Source of the DNA: a virus
Lineage: Duplodnaviria > Heunggongvirae > Uroviricota > Caudoviricetes
IMG/VR virus record: IMGVR_UViG_2529292998_000007
Location: 1-35,233 of that record
Direction: 5' to 3' (one strand)
Length of the DNA: 35,233 nt
The position numbers were made by a program, and so were the translations under genes. Shown in pieces: positions 9,719 to 19,092 of the stretch; positions within the stretch are counted from its first letter, which is position 1; the number at the start of each line of letters is the position of its first letter. The notes beneath the pieces were generated by a model that searched no databases, was not told where the DNA came from, and saw only the letters and a program-made list of their open reading frames with translations.

Positions 9719-10246
9719 TTATTGCGGTATTTCCGGCCATTCAGGATTTGCAGGATCCACACGGCTGACCAGAACGCTGTAGCGTTCCCATGACTCCAGT
9801 CGTGCGCGCTCCTCATCCGTCGCCATATTCAGCCTGACGGCGCGTTCCAGCGGCTGAATAACGCTTTCCGCTTCGGAAAGTAACGCGGCCTTTTGTGATT
9901 CTGCCTGTTGTTGCTGTTCATCTGCCGTATAAATCCGTTTAACCACAGCACCATCCTTAAACATCCATTTACCTGAGTCGTCAGCACGTCGATTGGAGGT
10001 AATATCAGGAACCTCAACAACGCTAAAACCTTCAGGATTAAGCGTTGAAGCATCTCTGGTGATGGCGACAATAATATTATTTTCATCGTAAACAATCTTT
10101 ATTGTGTCTGGCTGAAAGTTCTTCACTTCCTCATACCAGTTTTTTCCGTCTTCGGACCATAACCAGATAACATCAAAATTCTTTGTTAGCTGATATTGCT
10201 CTTTTGTTTTTGGATTACCTGACTTAATGTTCTTTAAATGCTGCAT
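9719..10246 (-). CDS. G: Tail fiber assembly protein G
   Basis: 175 aa, directly downstream of the tail fiber gene; acidic C-terminus typical of gpG-family chaperones. Confidence 0.82.
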   Translation of the reverse strand: MQHLKNIKSGNPKTKEQYQLTKNFDVIWLWSEDGKNWYEEVKNFQPDTIKIVYDENNIIVAITRDASTLNPEGFSVVEVPDITSNRRADDSGKWMFKDGAVVKRIYTADEQQQQAESQKAALLSEAESVIQPLERAVRLNMATDEERARLESWERYSVLVSRVDPANPEWPEIPQ

Positions 10247-10249
10247 AAC

Positions 10250-12259
10250 TTATACCTGCGCAACGTTATACCATGTGCCATTGATGTACTTTTGTATCGG
10301 CCTGAAGATGGCTTCATCATCGCCATCTACTTCACCAATGATTCTTAATCCGGTAATCGTGTGTCCGGCTTTTTCATAACGACCACCTCGCGCCATCAAT
10401 TGAACAACTCGCGTACCCAGGCGAACATCTTTCACATAGCGGGAATCGAAATTTCCCCAGTTGCTGGGTTGCATCTGACCGTTAACAGCAAATATTACCG
10501 AGTTATCTGTATTTCGCTGGCTATAGAAATGCCATCCGGCCTCATCGCCTAATTCTGCAACCACTGGACGGGTGGAAGCACCCCATAAATTAAAGGTAAT
10601 ATTCTTCGTGGATGTGTTAGAGCTGGATAGCGAGAACTTTTTACTATCCCCTGCCTGAATATTTTTAAAAGCAATAGCCACTCCATTCTGAAAACGGAAT
10701 ACTCGCTGACTGTTAGCATAAACATCAAGAATACCGTCTCCATTCTGTTTAAATCCGGTATCATTATCACCAAGAACAATTGAGCTACCACCTAGTGCAT
10801 TCGTCGTACCAACTCCAAAACAGCCATTAATGACGGCATTAACAAGAATATTTAGTGCATCCCATTTCAACGTCATCAGGTCTTTTGTTGTGGTACTCTG
10901 GCGGCTTCTCCATTTGAAATATTCATTGCCGTTATCCCCCGTTTCAAACCACATGTATGAATCAGTGTCACCATCGGCATCATTTTTAAATCCAATCTTC
11001 GCCCAGTCAGTATTTCGAATCCAGGCAAGGATTGAGTCGTTTTCAAAAGTAAGTCCACCGGACAAGGTATCGCCATTTTTTTGCACGGCGTTCCCGGCTC
11101 GGTTTACCGTTTCCTGTAAACCGAGATATTCGATAACGGCGGCAACGGTCGATTTAGCCAGAATATCCCGCCCGACTTTTGTCAAGGTCGCCAGGCTGGC
11201 AACATCATTCCCCGTAAAATACGGAAACCTGTCTGCCGCAGTAGCAAGCCCCGCCAGCGCCGTCAAAGTGGCATCTTTCGGTTGCTTACCCGCAAGCGCA
11301 TTAGTCATGGTGGTAGCAAAATTCGGGTCATTGCCCAGCGCCGCCGCCAGCTCGTTCAGCGTATTCAGTGCGTCAGGCGACGAGTCTACAAGGGCGGCAA
11401 TCGCGGCCATAACGAAAGCCGTGTTTGCGATCTGAGTATTATTCGTTCCCTGTCGCGCAGTTGGCGTCGTTGGCGTTCCGGTCAGTGCAGGGCTGTTTAA
11501 TGGCGCTTTCTTGTTCGTTTCATCCATTACCGTCTTAACGGCTTTTGGTGTTGCGGCGAGCGTTTCAGACATGCTGTTGGTCGCACTACTTAGCTGGACA
11601 AGACCTTTTCGCGCTGTGGTAGCGTCCTGTGCGGTATATTTCCCGTTAGCAAGGTCATATGCGGCCTTAACCGCTTTCGGCGTTGCGGCCAGTGTTTCAG
11701 ACGTGCTGTTGGTCGCATTGCTTAACTGAGTAAAACCTTTTGCGGTCAGCGAGGCGTCCGGGTGACGTCGTGACTGTTCATGCTCTGCAATTTTGTCATC
11801 AACGTAATCCTGAGTCGCCATCACCGTTGTGGTGTCAATGGTCAGCTCCACTGAGGCCACACTGCTGACGATGATGACCATGCGACAGGTCTGCGAACGC
11901 CCTGAGCCTTCGGCAAGAGCTGGCTTATAACTTTCGGCCATGTTCGCCACGGCAATTAATGTTCCCGCATCATCGTACAGGCCAAGCTCACGCATCCAGA
12001 AACCGCCCACCTCCGGCGGAATAACCAGCTCTGCGATAATATAATTACTGTTTCGTTTGTCCTGGCTGATTTTGTTCAGCGCATGTCGCCAGACTTCATG
12101 GATAAGCCCGGTCTGTCCGGCATCCGGGACAGGCAATTTACCACCGCCATCCCCGACGGCCATCGTGGTAATGTTGACCTTCCGCCCTCCCGGCGCGGTT
12201 GCCGCTGCCAGCTTTGCTGCACCGGCAGTGGTGATAACGGTTCTGAATTTTGTGCTCAT
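10250..12259 (-). CDS. H: Tail fiber protein H
   Basis: 669 aa; conserved P2 gpH-like N-terminus (MSTKFRTVITTAGAAKLAAATAPGG...); internal repeated motif SETLAATPKAVK; variable C-terminal receptor-binding region. Confidence 0.9.
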   Translation of the reverse strand: MSTKFRTVITTAGAAKLAAATAPGGRKVNITTMAVGDGGGKLPVPDAGQTGLIHEVWRHALNKISQDKRNSNYIIAELVIPPEVGGFWMRELGLYDDAGTLIAVANMAESYKPALAEGSGRSQTCRMVIIVSSVASVELTIDTTTVMATQDYVDDKIAEHEQSRRHPDASLTAKGFTQLSNATNSTSETLAATPKAVKAAYDLANGKYTAQDATTARKGLVQLSSATNSMSETLAATPKAVKTVMDETNKKAPLNSPALTGTPTTPTARQGTNNTQIANTAFVMAAIAALVDSSPDALNTLNELAAALGNDPNFATTMTNALAGKQPKDATLTALAGLATAADRFPYFTGNDVASLATLTKVGRDILAKSTVAAVIEYLGLQETVNRAGNAVQKNGDTLSGGLTFENDSILAWIRNTDWAKIGFKNDADGDTDSYMWFETGDNGNEYFKWRSRQSTTTKDLMTLKWDALNILVNAVINGCFGVGTTNALGGSSIVLGDNDTGFKQNGDGILDVYANSQRVFRFQNGVAIAFKNIQAGDSKKFSLSSSNTSTKNITFNLWGASTRPVVAELGDEAGWHFYSQRNTDNSVIFAVNGQMQPSNWGNFDSRYVKDVRLGTRVVQLMARGGRYEKAGHTITGLRIIGEVDGDDEAIFRPIQKYINGTWYNVAQV

Positions 12260-12269
12260 TATTCCTCAC

Positions 12270-12800
12270 TTATCCGGGGTAAACCGTAATTACATCGCCG
12301 TCGTAAGCCACACCACCGGCGAACAGATAGCCGGGAATGTCCCGGGTAATGTTCAGGCCAATAAGGTGGCGGCTTGCAGGTTTGGCATCGGCAATCAGCC
12401 GTTCCATTTCCTGATACATTGCCTCTGTGATACCGCTTTCCAGTACACCAATATCAAGCCGGAAGGTGCCGGGCGGGTCACTGTTTTCCCACCACTCCGT
12501 CACGTTGATGAGATAGCCGAGCGGCTCCACCACACGCCGGATTGCACCTATCGTGCCCTTATGACAGTGGATGAAATAGGCATCGCGGATAACGGCGCGT
12601 TTTGTCGCTTCCGGCCACTTTTCATCCCACCTGTCGACCGAAAACGCCCACGCCAGCCACGGCAGCAGATTTGCCGGGCAGGTGTCCGGGTTCCACAGCT
12701 CACGAATACTGACCGGCGTTTTTTCAATTTCCGCACAGGCTTTTGCGGCGGCGACCTCAAGCGGTGATGAGCCGGTCGGCAGCAGTCGCGAATCACTCAT
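12270..12800 (-). CDS. I: Baseplate/tail protein I
   Basis: 176 aa; position and size match P2 gpI. Confidence 0.85.
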   Translation of the reverse strand: MSDSRLLPTGSSPLEVAAAKACAEIEKTPVSIRELWNPDTCPANLLPWLAWAFSVDRWDEKWPEATKRAVIRDAYFIHCHKGTIGAIRRVVEPLGYLINVTEWWENSDPPGTFRLDIGVLESGITEAMYQEMERLIADAKPASRHLIGLNITRDIPGYLFAGGVAYDGDVITVYPG

Positions 12801-13701
12801 CCGAGCCTCCGGTCACGACGCGGTATTCGGTACAGAAAGATGCCTGCGTATTGTTGAGCACGATGTCGGCCAGTGGTGCGGCCAGCTCTACACGCTGCAC
12901 GCCTTCCACATGCAAAGCGGCATAAATGGCAGACAGACGGATGTCGCGCCCCAGCCGGTGCTGTGCCGTGATGTACGCTTCCAGTTTTTTCACGGCGGCA
13001 GCGCGTATGGGTTCGCTTTCGGGACCAGGGTAAAGGTAAAGCGTGGCGTTTATCTGGTATTCAACGATGGCGGCAGACTGCACGGTCACGCGGTCGGCCA
13101 CCGGCCTGACGTCCTCGCCATTAAGGGCGTTACGCACCACGGCCAGCAGGTCTTCGGATGCAACACCGTTATTTTCACGTGACAGCACAGAGATGGTGAC
13201 GCAGGCCGGAGACGGACTGGTTACAGAAATATCCGCGACACGCCCGTCGGCACTGCAACCATGATACTGATAAGCACCCACCGACCCGGCAACGCTTAAA
13301 CCTTCAAACGCCTGCTGAATACGCAGACGATAATCCGTGTCAGATTCCATCACTGCCGGTGTCGGCGGGATGGTCGAATCATCTGCCGGGGTGATAATCA
13401 GGCGCGTGGTGTTGTAATTGGCACCAATCACATCAAGGTCATTACCGGCGGCACAGGCCAGCATCACCGCCCGTGCAGCCTCATTCACACGCTGACGCCA
13501 GATAAGCTCACGATAAGCATTTTCTTCCAGCAGTTTGACGAGAGGCTCAGATTCCAGTGTCAGGCTACGGGCGACCGCCTCCTGCTGATCTTCCGGGTAA
13601 AGGGAAATCAGTGTCGCCTTGCGTTCAGCGAGAATGCTTTCAAAGTCCAGCTCCTCGACCACATCCGGTGCGGGTAGCTGGTTCAGGTCGATAATCGGCA
13701 T
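12793..13701 (-). CDS. J: Baseplate assembly protein J
   Basis: 302 aa; position and size match P2 gpJ. Confidence 0.88.
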   Translation of the reverse strand: MPIIDLNQLPAPDVVEELDFESILAERKATLISLYPEDQQEAVARSLTLESEPLVKLLEENAYRELIWRQRVNEAARAVMLACAAGNDLDVIGANYNTTRLIITPADDSTIPPTPAVMESDTDYRLRIQQAFEGLSVAGSVGAYQYHGCSADGRVADISVTSPSPACVTISVLSRENNGVASEDLLAVVRNALNGEDVRPVADRVTVQSAAIVEYQINATLYLYPGPESEPIRAAAVKKLEAYITAQHRLGRDIRLSAIYAALHVEGVQRVELAAPLADIVLNNTQASFCTEYRVVTGGSDE

Positions 13702-13705
13702 GGTT

Positions 13706-14053
13706 TCAACTCACAGGGATGGTTAATGAAAGTGGCTGGCCGGTGTCGTTGTGCTGGCCGGTTAACGTGACCGTCATTCGCCCGTCAAAACTGCGCTCAG
13801 TGGTGACGGATGACAGGGTGACGCGGGGTTCCCATTTCAGCACCGCCATGTAACAGGCGACCTTAATCTGCAACTCAAGCGCCGGGGTCTGCGGCTGGTC
13901 AATCATTGATGCCAGCAACGAGCCGTAATCACGACGCATCACCCGTGAGCCGACCGGTGTGCGCAGGATATCGCCGATACTCTGGCTGATATGCTCAAGG
14001 TCAGTGACAGTCAGGCCATCACTGCGATTCATTCCGAGATAACGCGCTGTCAT
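13706..14053 (-). CDS. W: Baseplate protein W (GPW/gp25 family)
   Basis: 115 aa; position and size match P2 gpW. Confidence 0.88.
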   Translation of the reverse strand: MTARYLGMNRSDGLTVTDLEHISQSIGDILRTPVGSRVMRRDYGSLLASMIDQPQTPALELQIKVACYMAVLKWEPRVTLSSVTTERSFDGRMTVTLTGQHNDTGQPLSLTIPVS

Positions 14054-14685
14054 AAAGGACTCCCGGTTGTGCCGCCGCTGTCGCCGGGGTGTTTATGGGT
14101 ATGCAGTACCTTACCGTTTGATGAGAGTTCACCGCCGGTGTGTTCAATGTTGCCGCGCATCGTCCCGCCCTTCTGCACTTCCAGCGTGCCGGTAATCAGC
14201 CTGTTGGTGCAGACCACCTCCGGGGTGTCCAGGGTGACGCGGGTTGATGCTTTCACCATGACCACCGGCACCGTGGCAGTAACAGAATCAGAAGCCGTCA
14301 CGCTGGCCGTTTTAATTCCGCTTACCGTGAGTGCACTGGTTTCGGGTTCATATTCAATCACCGCCCCGTCAGGGAAACGGATATGCAGGGCATCCGCCGA
14401 CGCAGACGGCGCGGGGTTATCGCCGGAATAAATCCCCGGCAGAACGAATGCCGTGTCGAGTTCACCGCCCACGGCCAGAATCAGCACCTGTTCCCCCACG
14501 GAAGGTGCCCACCATGTGCGCGAACGACCGGCGCGATGGGTCAGCCACTGAAGCCAGTCGGAGCACATGCCGCCGGTCTGCACACGGCAGCGACCGGCGT
14601 TAAGGTCGGTTTCGACGATAATGCCGGTGCGAATCATGTTGCGCAGTGCGCGCGCGAGTTCCTGAATATTTGCGAGAGTGTTCAT
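14050..14685 (-). CDS. V: Baseplate spike protein V
   Basis: 211 codons from the MNTLANIQELARALRNMIRTG start, which is the P2 gpV N-terminus; the six-frame ORF extends 6 codons further upstream. Confidence 0.88.
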   Translation of the reverse strand: MNTLANIQELARALRNMIRTGIIVETDLNAGRCRVQTGGMCSDWLQWLTHRAGRSRTWWAPSVGEQVLILAVGGELDTAFVLPGIYSGDNPAPSASADALHIRFPDGAVIEYEPETSALTVSGIKTASVTASDSVTATVPVVMVKASTRVTLDTPEVVCTNRLITGTLEVQKGGTMRGNIEHTGGELSSNGKVLHTHKHPGDSGGTTGSPL

Positions 14686-14768
14686 GCATGTGAGATTGCA
14701 CAATATATAAAAGTTATGCTATCTGGATTCATTTGTAGAACTACCAGACAACATTCAAGGAGAGCGTA

Positions 14769-15554
14769 ATGGTCAGCTATAATGTGACTAATGTGTGGGG
14801 GCTAATCGTTTTTTTCCTTTGTAGCTTTGCAGTATTAGCATTTTTTAGTTTTGGTAAAAGTAACCTTATGAGGCTTATTGCACATTATTTCAATTTTGGA
14901 TATTCAGACAAAAAATTAAAAAGACTTGACCGCGAGTGGCGCGACATTCAACTATTTAAAATAATTAACGGAATCAATGTATCAGGCATTGAAAATGTGA
15001 GAATGATACAGCAGGGACTGATTGATGGAAAACTAAAAACATCGTATTTTTTCCTTACTCGCATCTGGGGTGACATAACAAAACCACCACACATAATTAA
15101 AACAATAATTGTAATTCTGTCCAGTATTTTTTACATTCTCCTCGCATGTTACATACACAACGAACAATCCGTTATAGTAAGGGATGCCATAGGCATACCA
15201 TATAAAAACATGATGTACTATGTTTATAGTGACAAAGTTCTTTTATCCTTCAAAAATAAAGCAGTTGAATTTAATAAAACTTATAGCCTTGCCAATTGCA
15301 AGAGACTGCAAAACGTATTTATAAAAGACACACTTCCTGAGATCGCCTGCAATAAGCTCTTACAGCTAAACGAGGAGAACTCCGAATGGTTAAGCCAGGA
15401 GATTAAAGATAATAACAGTCACAAAAAAGCATTATTAATACTATCCCTCGTCTATTTCACTTCAGGTCTGGTTATATTCCTGTCATATACAAAATTCTTT
15501 TACGCCAATAAGAAGGTTTTAGAATACAAAGCATCAAATAAAAATCACTCATAA
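14769..15554 (+). CDS. Hypothetical 261-aa predicted membrane protein (moron at the S/V junction); function unknown
   Basis: Markedly AT-rich ORF on the opposite strand to all flanking late genes; three hydrophobic helix-length segments (VWGLIVFFLCSFAVLAFFSF, IIKTIIVILSSIFYILLACYI, ALLILSLVYFTSGLVIFLSYT); followed by a hairpin. Confidence 0.6.
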   Translation: MVSYNVTNVWGLIVFFLCSFAVLAFFSFGKSNLMRLIAHYFNFGYSDKKLKRLDREWRDIQLFKIINGINVSGIENVRMIQQGLIDGKLKTSYFFLTRIWGDITKPPHIIKTIIVILSSIFYILLACYIHNEQSVIVRDAIGIPYKNMMYYVYSDKVLLSFKNKAVEFNKTYSLANCKRLQNVFIKDTLPEIACNKLLQLNEENSEWLSQEIKDNNSHKKALLILSLVYFTSGLVIFLSYTKFFYANKKVLEYKASNKNHS

Positions 15555-15560
15555 ACCTCT

Positions 15561-15595
15561 AAACATTGAGCGACCAGCATGGCCGCTCAATGTTT
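15561..15595. terminator. Stem-loop (12-bp perfect stem AAACATTGAGCG / CGCTCAATGTTT, 11-nt loop) between the cargo gene and S; probable bidirectional terminator
   Basis: Perfect inverted repeat read directly from the sequence; lies in the 71-bp gap between two convergent genes. Confidence 0.5.
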
Positions 15596-15625
15596 AATTG
15601 CGCATCAGCCTCTGCCTGGATAAAA

Positions 15626-16078
15626 CTAACACTCAAGGTGAGCCAGGATAATCTCTTCAATCATCTGCACATCCTCACCGGTAAAGCCGAGCAGGGGACG
15701 CGCCGGATAATCAATTTTCTTACCGTCTTTCCGGTTTTCTTCCGACAGACCAAACTGATGCACACTGGCGATTTTCGGCGACTTCCCGCCGTAAAATTCC
15801 ATTGATGCCTGCTCCGGGCTGGCACGGATATGCAAAAAACGACTGGTAATAAGTTTCGCAAACATTTTTCGCTTAACGCGACCGGTCTTTTTTCTGACGC
15901 TCTGCTGCTGGCGTGGCGCGTAGGGTGTGCCGTCCGGGGCTTTCTGTGCCATCACCCGACGCTGCTGACTCTGCCGCAGACGTTTCGCCAGTTCGGCACT
16001 CAGTCGCCGACGCCCAGACGGTGACAGCGATTCAGTCAGTCCGGCCAGCCGGTCTTCAAAACGCTTAAACTCATTCAT
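15626..16078 (-). CDS. S: Tail completion protein S
   Basis: 150 aa; position and size match P2 gpS (virion morphogenesis family). Confidence 0.88.
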   Translation of the reverse strand: MNEFKRFEDRLAGLTESLSPSGRRRLSAELAKRLRQSQQRRVMAQKAPDGTPYAPRQQQSVRKKTGRVKRKMFAKLITSRFLHIRASPEQASMEFYGGKSPKIASVHQFGLSEENRKDGKKIDYPARPLLGFTGEDVQMIEEIILAHLEC

Positions 16079-16538
16079 CCCACTTGCTCACCAGTTCGCC
16101 ATTGATATACAGCTCCATCGGGCGGGTGACCGGCTCCGGCGGCGTGGGTTCCGGGATATTCTTCACATGCAGCGCGCCTTCCACCTCACTGACCAGCGTG
16201 CGCTCGGTCAGCATCAGGCTGATGCTGATATCAAAGCTGCTGTCATTGTTGATGTCTGCATAAAACGTGAAGCCCTTTTTCTGGCCTTCGTCGGTAGTCA
16301 TGATGTCGGGCTGATTTTCCCGCAGCCACGCCAGCACCGGCACGATGAGCAGGTCAAAATCACCGGTAAAGTCGGTCACAATGACATTGAGCGTGTAACG
16401 CTTTTCGAATGACAGCGACGTCGCCAGTGTGGAGGCAATACTCCCGTTATCCACGAATATCCGCAGCATATCGGGGTTAGTTTTCAGCACCGTGACGGCA
16501 TCAGTCAGCGCCCTGCGCAGGCTGTCGGGTTTGAGCAT
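16071..16538 (-). CDS. R: Tail completion protein R
   Basis: 155 aa; position and size match P2 gpR. Confidence 0.85.
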   Translation of the reverse strand: MLKPDSLRRALTDAVTVLKTNPDMLRIFVDNGSIASTLATSLSFEKRYTLNVIVTDFTGDFDLLIVPVLAWLRENQPDIMTTDEGQKKGFTFYADINNDSSFDISISLMLTERTLVSEVEGALHVKNIPEPTPPEPVTRPMELYINGELVSKWDE

Positions 16539-16791
16539 CGTTTTCGTCCTGACAGTGTTTAATCATTTTTACCTGGCTGGCACAGCGTGCCAGCGCGTTC
16601 TCAAGCTGCCGGATATCGGCACTTAAATCGCCGTTCTTCTGCGGGTCACTGCCCGGCATCGGGCAAAGACTCACTTTCGGGCAGGCGTTGTGGACAATCA
16701 CTGGCGTCTGCGCAGGCCGGGCGCTGGTGCAACCGGCGCACAGCATCAGGCAGGTCAGCACCGTACCAGCGGCGAAAATCTTCGTTTTCAT
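16501..16791 (-). CDS. lysC: LysC, Rz1-like outer-membrane lipoprotein (o-spanin), embedded out of frame in lysB
   Basis: MKTKIFAAGTVLTCLMLCAGC has a signal peptide with lipobox LCAGC; Pro-rich; lies in the +1 frame within and beyond the lysB 3' end. Confidence 0.6.
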   Translation of the reverse strand: MKTKIFAAGTVLTCLMLCAGCTSARPAQTPVIVHNACPKVSLCPMPGSDPQKNGDLSADIRQLENALARCASQVKMIKHCQDENDAQTRQPAQGAD

Positions 16792-17071
16792 TGAGTAACC
16801 TCGTGATGGTTTTCTCGCGCTGTGCTTCACGCTTCGCGGCGTTCTCCAGTTCCTGACGCAGTGCCACCTGCGCCAGCTCGTTTTTGTCTGCCCTGGTGAG
16901 TGCAACATGAAGCTGATTTTTCAGCATGGTGATGGTCGTCTGCTGCCCGCTGGCGACGCTGTTCGCCCTGTCCAGTGAGGTGCGCAGGCTGGCATTTTCA
17001 TGCTTCACCAGAAACAGCCCCGCCACCGCCAGTGATAACAACACAACCAGCACAATCATCAGCTTTGACAT
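16646..17071 (-). CDS. lysB: LysB, Rz-like inner-membrane spanin (i-spanin)
   Basis: 141 aa; N-terminal transmembrane segment followed by a coiled-coil periplasmic domain; P2 lysis-cassette position. Confidence 0.8.
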   Translation of the reverse strand: MSKLMIVLVVLLSLAVAGLFLVKHENASLRTSLDRANSVASGQQTTITMLKNQLHVALTRADKNELAQVALRQELENAAKREAQREKTITRLLNENEDFRRWYGADLPDAVRRLHQRPACADASDCPQRLPESESLPDAGQ

Positions 17072-17484
17072 GGTTCCCGCCCCTCAAAACGCTGACGGCA
17101 GGCCGTACGTATCAGCCGGAAGAACACCGACGCCACGAGGTAAATCAGCGCAGTAAAAATCCACCCGGCGGCAACCAGCGAGATAAACGTCGCCACCATC
17201 ACCACCAGACCCGCCGCCCGTCTGCACCACGGCACCGGCTGCAAAAACAGCGACGTGACAATCTTCACGGCCAGCGATTCCGGCGGCAGCTCCCGTCCGT
17301 AGCGCTCAAGTACATACTCAGTGGCATACACGCCGACACCACCGGCAACCACACAGATAACCGTCGCCAGAATCGCCCAGGCAGCGACAAAACTGACGGC
17401 CACGCTCTGCGGGTAAATCAGTGACAGTGCCAGCATCAGCGCCAGCGACACGTTCAGCATCAGTGAAAGGGATAATTTCTTCAT
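17059..17484 (-). CDS. lysA: LysA, lysis-timing membrane protein
   Basis: 141 aa with multiple hydrophobic helices; immediately downstream of the endolysin gene as in P2. Confidence 0.78.
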   Translation of the reverse strand: MKKLSLSLMLNVSLALMLALSLIYPQSVAVSFVAAWAILATVICVVAGGVGVYATEYVLERYGRELPPESLAVKIVTSLFLQPVPWCRRAAGLVVMVATFISLVAAGWIFTALIYLVASVFFRLIRTACRQRFEGREPCQS

Positions 17485-17498
17485 GGTGTTTACTCCGT

Positions 17499-17996
17499 TT
17501 AAGCCGGTACGCCGCCAGCGGTACGCCAGGCGGTGACCAGTTTTTCCAGTGAATGCTCACGCTGACCGTAACCGGCACCCGGCAGGGACGCCCAGATATT
17601 GCGACAGCGTGAAATGGCGCGCTCAATGCGTCCCGCCCGGATGTCATCCAGTGCACCGCGTTCGCGGATCAACTGAATGGCAAGTCTGTCCTGTGACAAC
17701 GGACTGAAATCCGGCAGGGCAAGCTGTTTGCGGTAATGCGGCCAGAACAGGTAAAGCTGCTGATAGCGACCGGAGGCCGTGGATTTTTCACCGCGACGGT
17801 TAAACACCTTCGCCGGTCGGCCATGCGCGAACGGGTGGTCACTGTAGTCGGTGAAAATTTCCGGCTTCCCGTCCAGTCCGGTGACTATCACGTCATAGCC
17901 ACGGTTTTTCGTCAGCGGATGATTCGCCGTCCCTTCGGACACGGCCAGCATGTCGAGAAAGGCGGCGATATTCTGATGCGTGTTAATTACCGGCAT
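17499..17996 (-). CDS. K: Endolysin K (phage lysozyme/muramidase)
   Basis: 165 aa; position and size match P2 gpK. Confidence 0.88.
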   Translation of the reverse strand: MPVINTHQNIAAFLDMLAVSEGTANHPLTKNRGYDVIVTGLDGKPEIFTDYSDHPFAHGRPAKVFNRRGEKSTASGRYQQLYLFWPHYRKQLALPDFSPLSQDRLAIQLIRERGALDDIRAGRIERAISRCRNIWASLPGAGYGQREHSLEKLVTAWRTAGGVPA

Positions 17997-18277
17997 TACG
18001 GTTTCCCCCTGCCCTTAAAGCGGCGCTGAATGGCAATCTCAATCACCTGATAACCGGCGATACCCAGCATGGAGCCGATGCCGCACACCGCAGGCAGTGA
18101 CAGGTCAGGAAACTGCACCAGAACAACACCGGCAACCATCGAGACAAAACCACCGAGCAACATGCGCCCGATAAACAGACGCGGGGTGATGGGTTCACCA
18201 CCGGCAAGCACCTTGCCGACAACAATCAGCACCCCAATCATGAAAAGCGACAGGACACTTTTTTCTTCTGCTGTCAT
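17996..18277 (-). CDS. Y: Holin Y
   Basis: 93 aa small protein with hydrophobic helices and a charged C-terminus (RRFKGRGKP); directly upstream of the endolysin gene. Confidence 0.82.
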   Translation of the reverse strand: MTAEEKSVLSLFMIGVLIVVGKVLAGGEPITPRLFIGRMLLGGFVSMVAGVVLVQFPDLSLPAVCGIGSMLGIAGYQVIEIAIQRRFKGRGKP

Positions 18278-18280
18278 GCG

Positions 18281-18484
18281 TTACTCCCACAGATTGACAG
18301 TTTCAGCCACGGGCGCGGTCTGAACGTCGGGCAGTTCGACGGCGGTGCCGTGCGGCAGCACCGCACCCAGTTCAGCCAGTCCCGGATTTGCGGCGAGCAC
18401 AGTCTCGACCACGCCCTCAGTGCGCCCGTAATACCGGACACAAATGGCGTCGAGCGTGTCGCCCTGTAGCGCAAAGGTCTTCAT
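18281..18484 (-). CDS. X: Tail protein X
   Basis: 67 codons from the MKTFALQGDTLDAIC start, matching the size of P2 gpX; its ATG overlaps the stop of L (ATGA overlap). Confidence 0.78.
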   Translation of the reverse strand: MKTFALQGDTLDAICVRYYGRTEGVVETVLAANPGLAELGAVLPHGTAVELPDVQTAPVAETVNLWE

Positions 18485-18993
18485 CAGATTTGACTCACGA
18501 TGCAGCGCGGCTTGCCCTGGATACGCGCCACCGCCCAGCGCATATCCCGCCACAGTTCATCAATGGTGCTGTCAATGCTGTCGGCCTTCTTGTCGCCTTT
18601 CGCACTGGCATCCACGCCGCGGTAACGCTCATAAAGCGACGCGGTCGCCATCGCACACACGGCGCGCTCGTAGTAAAAAACCTTGATGCTTTCACCGTCG
18701 ATGTCGTCCGCCGGGACGTCCGCCAGACGCGTAAAACCGGCGGCAATTTTCTGTTCGCGGTACTCGTACAGCTCCGCATTCGTCTCCGCCATGCCTGACT
18801 TGATGGCCTCACGCAGACGGGCGGGGGCGACGGTCTGCTCAAGGCGCATACGTTCCCGGACGCGCTTCGGGTCGATATCGGGAAAAAAGAACGTGTTTTT
18901 AATCACCGGCTCGTCGCCTGCCGGTTGCGGGATGACCACCGTACCCTCACCGGACACGGGAGCCTCCTTTCGCGGAATAATCAGCGTCATCAT
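18484..18993 (-). CDS. L: Capsid completion protein L
   Basis: 169 codons from the MMTLIIPRKEAPVSGEG start; position and size match P2 gpL; the six-frame ORF extends further 5'. Confidence 0.82.
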   Translation of the reverse strand: MMTLIIPRKEAPVSGEGTVVIPQPAGDEPVIKNTFFFPDIDPKRVRERMRLEQTVAPARLREAIKSGMAETNAELYEYREQKIAAGFTRLADVPADDIDGESIKVFYYERAVCAMATASLYERYRGVDASAKGDKKADSIDSTIDELWRDMRWAVARIQGKPRCIVSQI

Positions 18994-19092
18994 GACCACC
19001 TCTGAAAAGTCGGGCGGTGGACGCCGGTGCAGTGTCAGGTGATTCACCGTCACTGACCGGCGTGCCGCCCTGGCGCGGGGCGCATTCGGTTG

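Noticed and set aside
9439-10095. Minus-strand ORFs of 125 and 88 aa overlapping the 310-aa cargo gene start and the G gene
   Set aside because: They are in alternative frames of better-supported genes and have no independent support.
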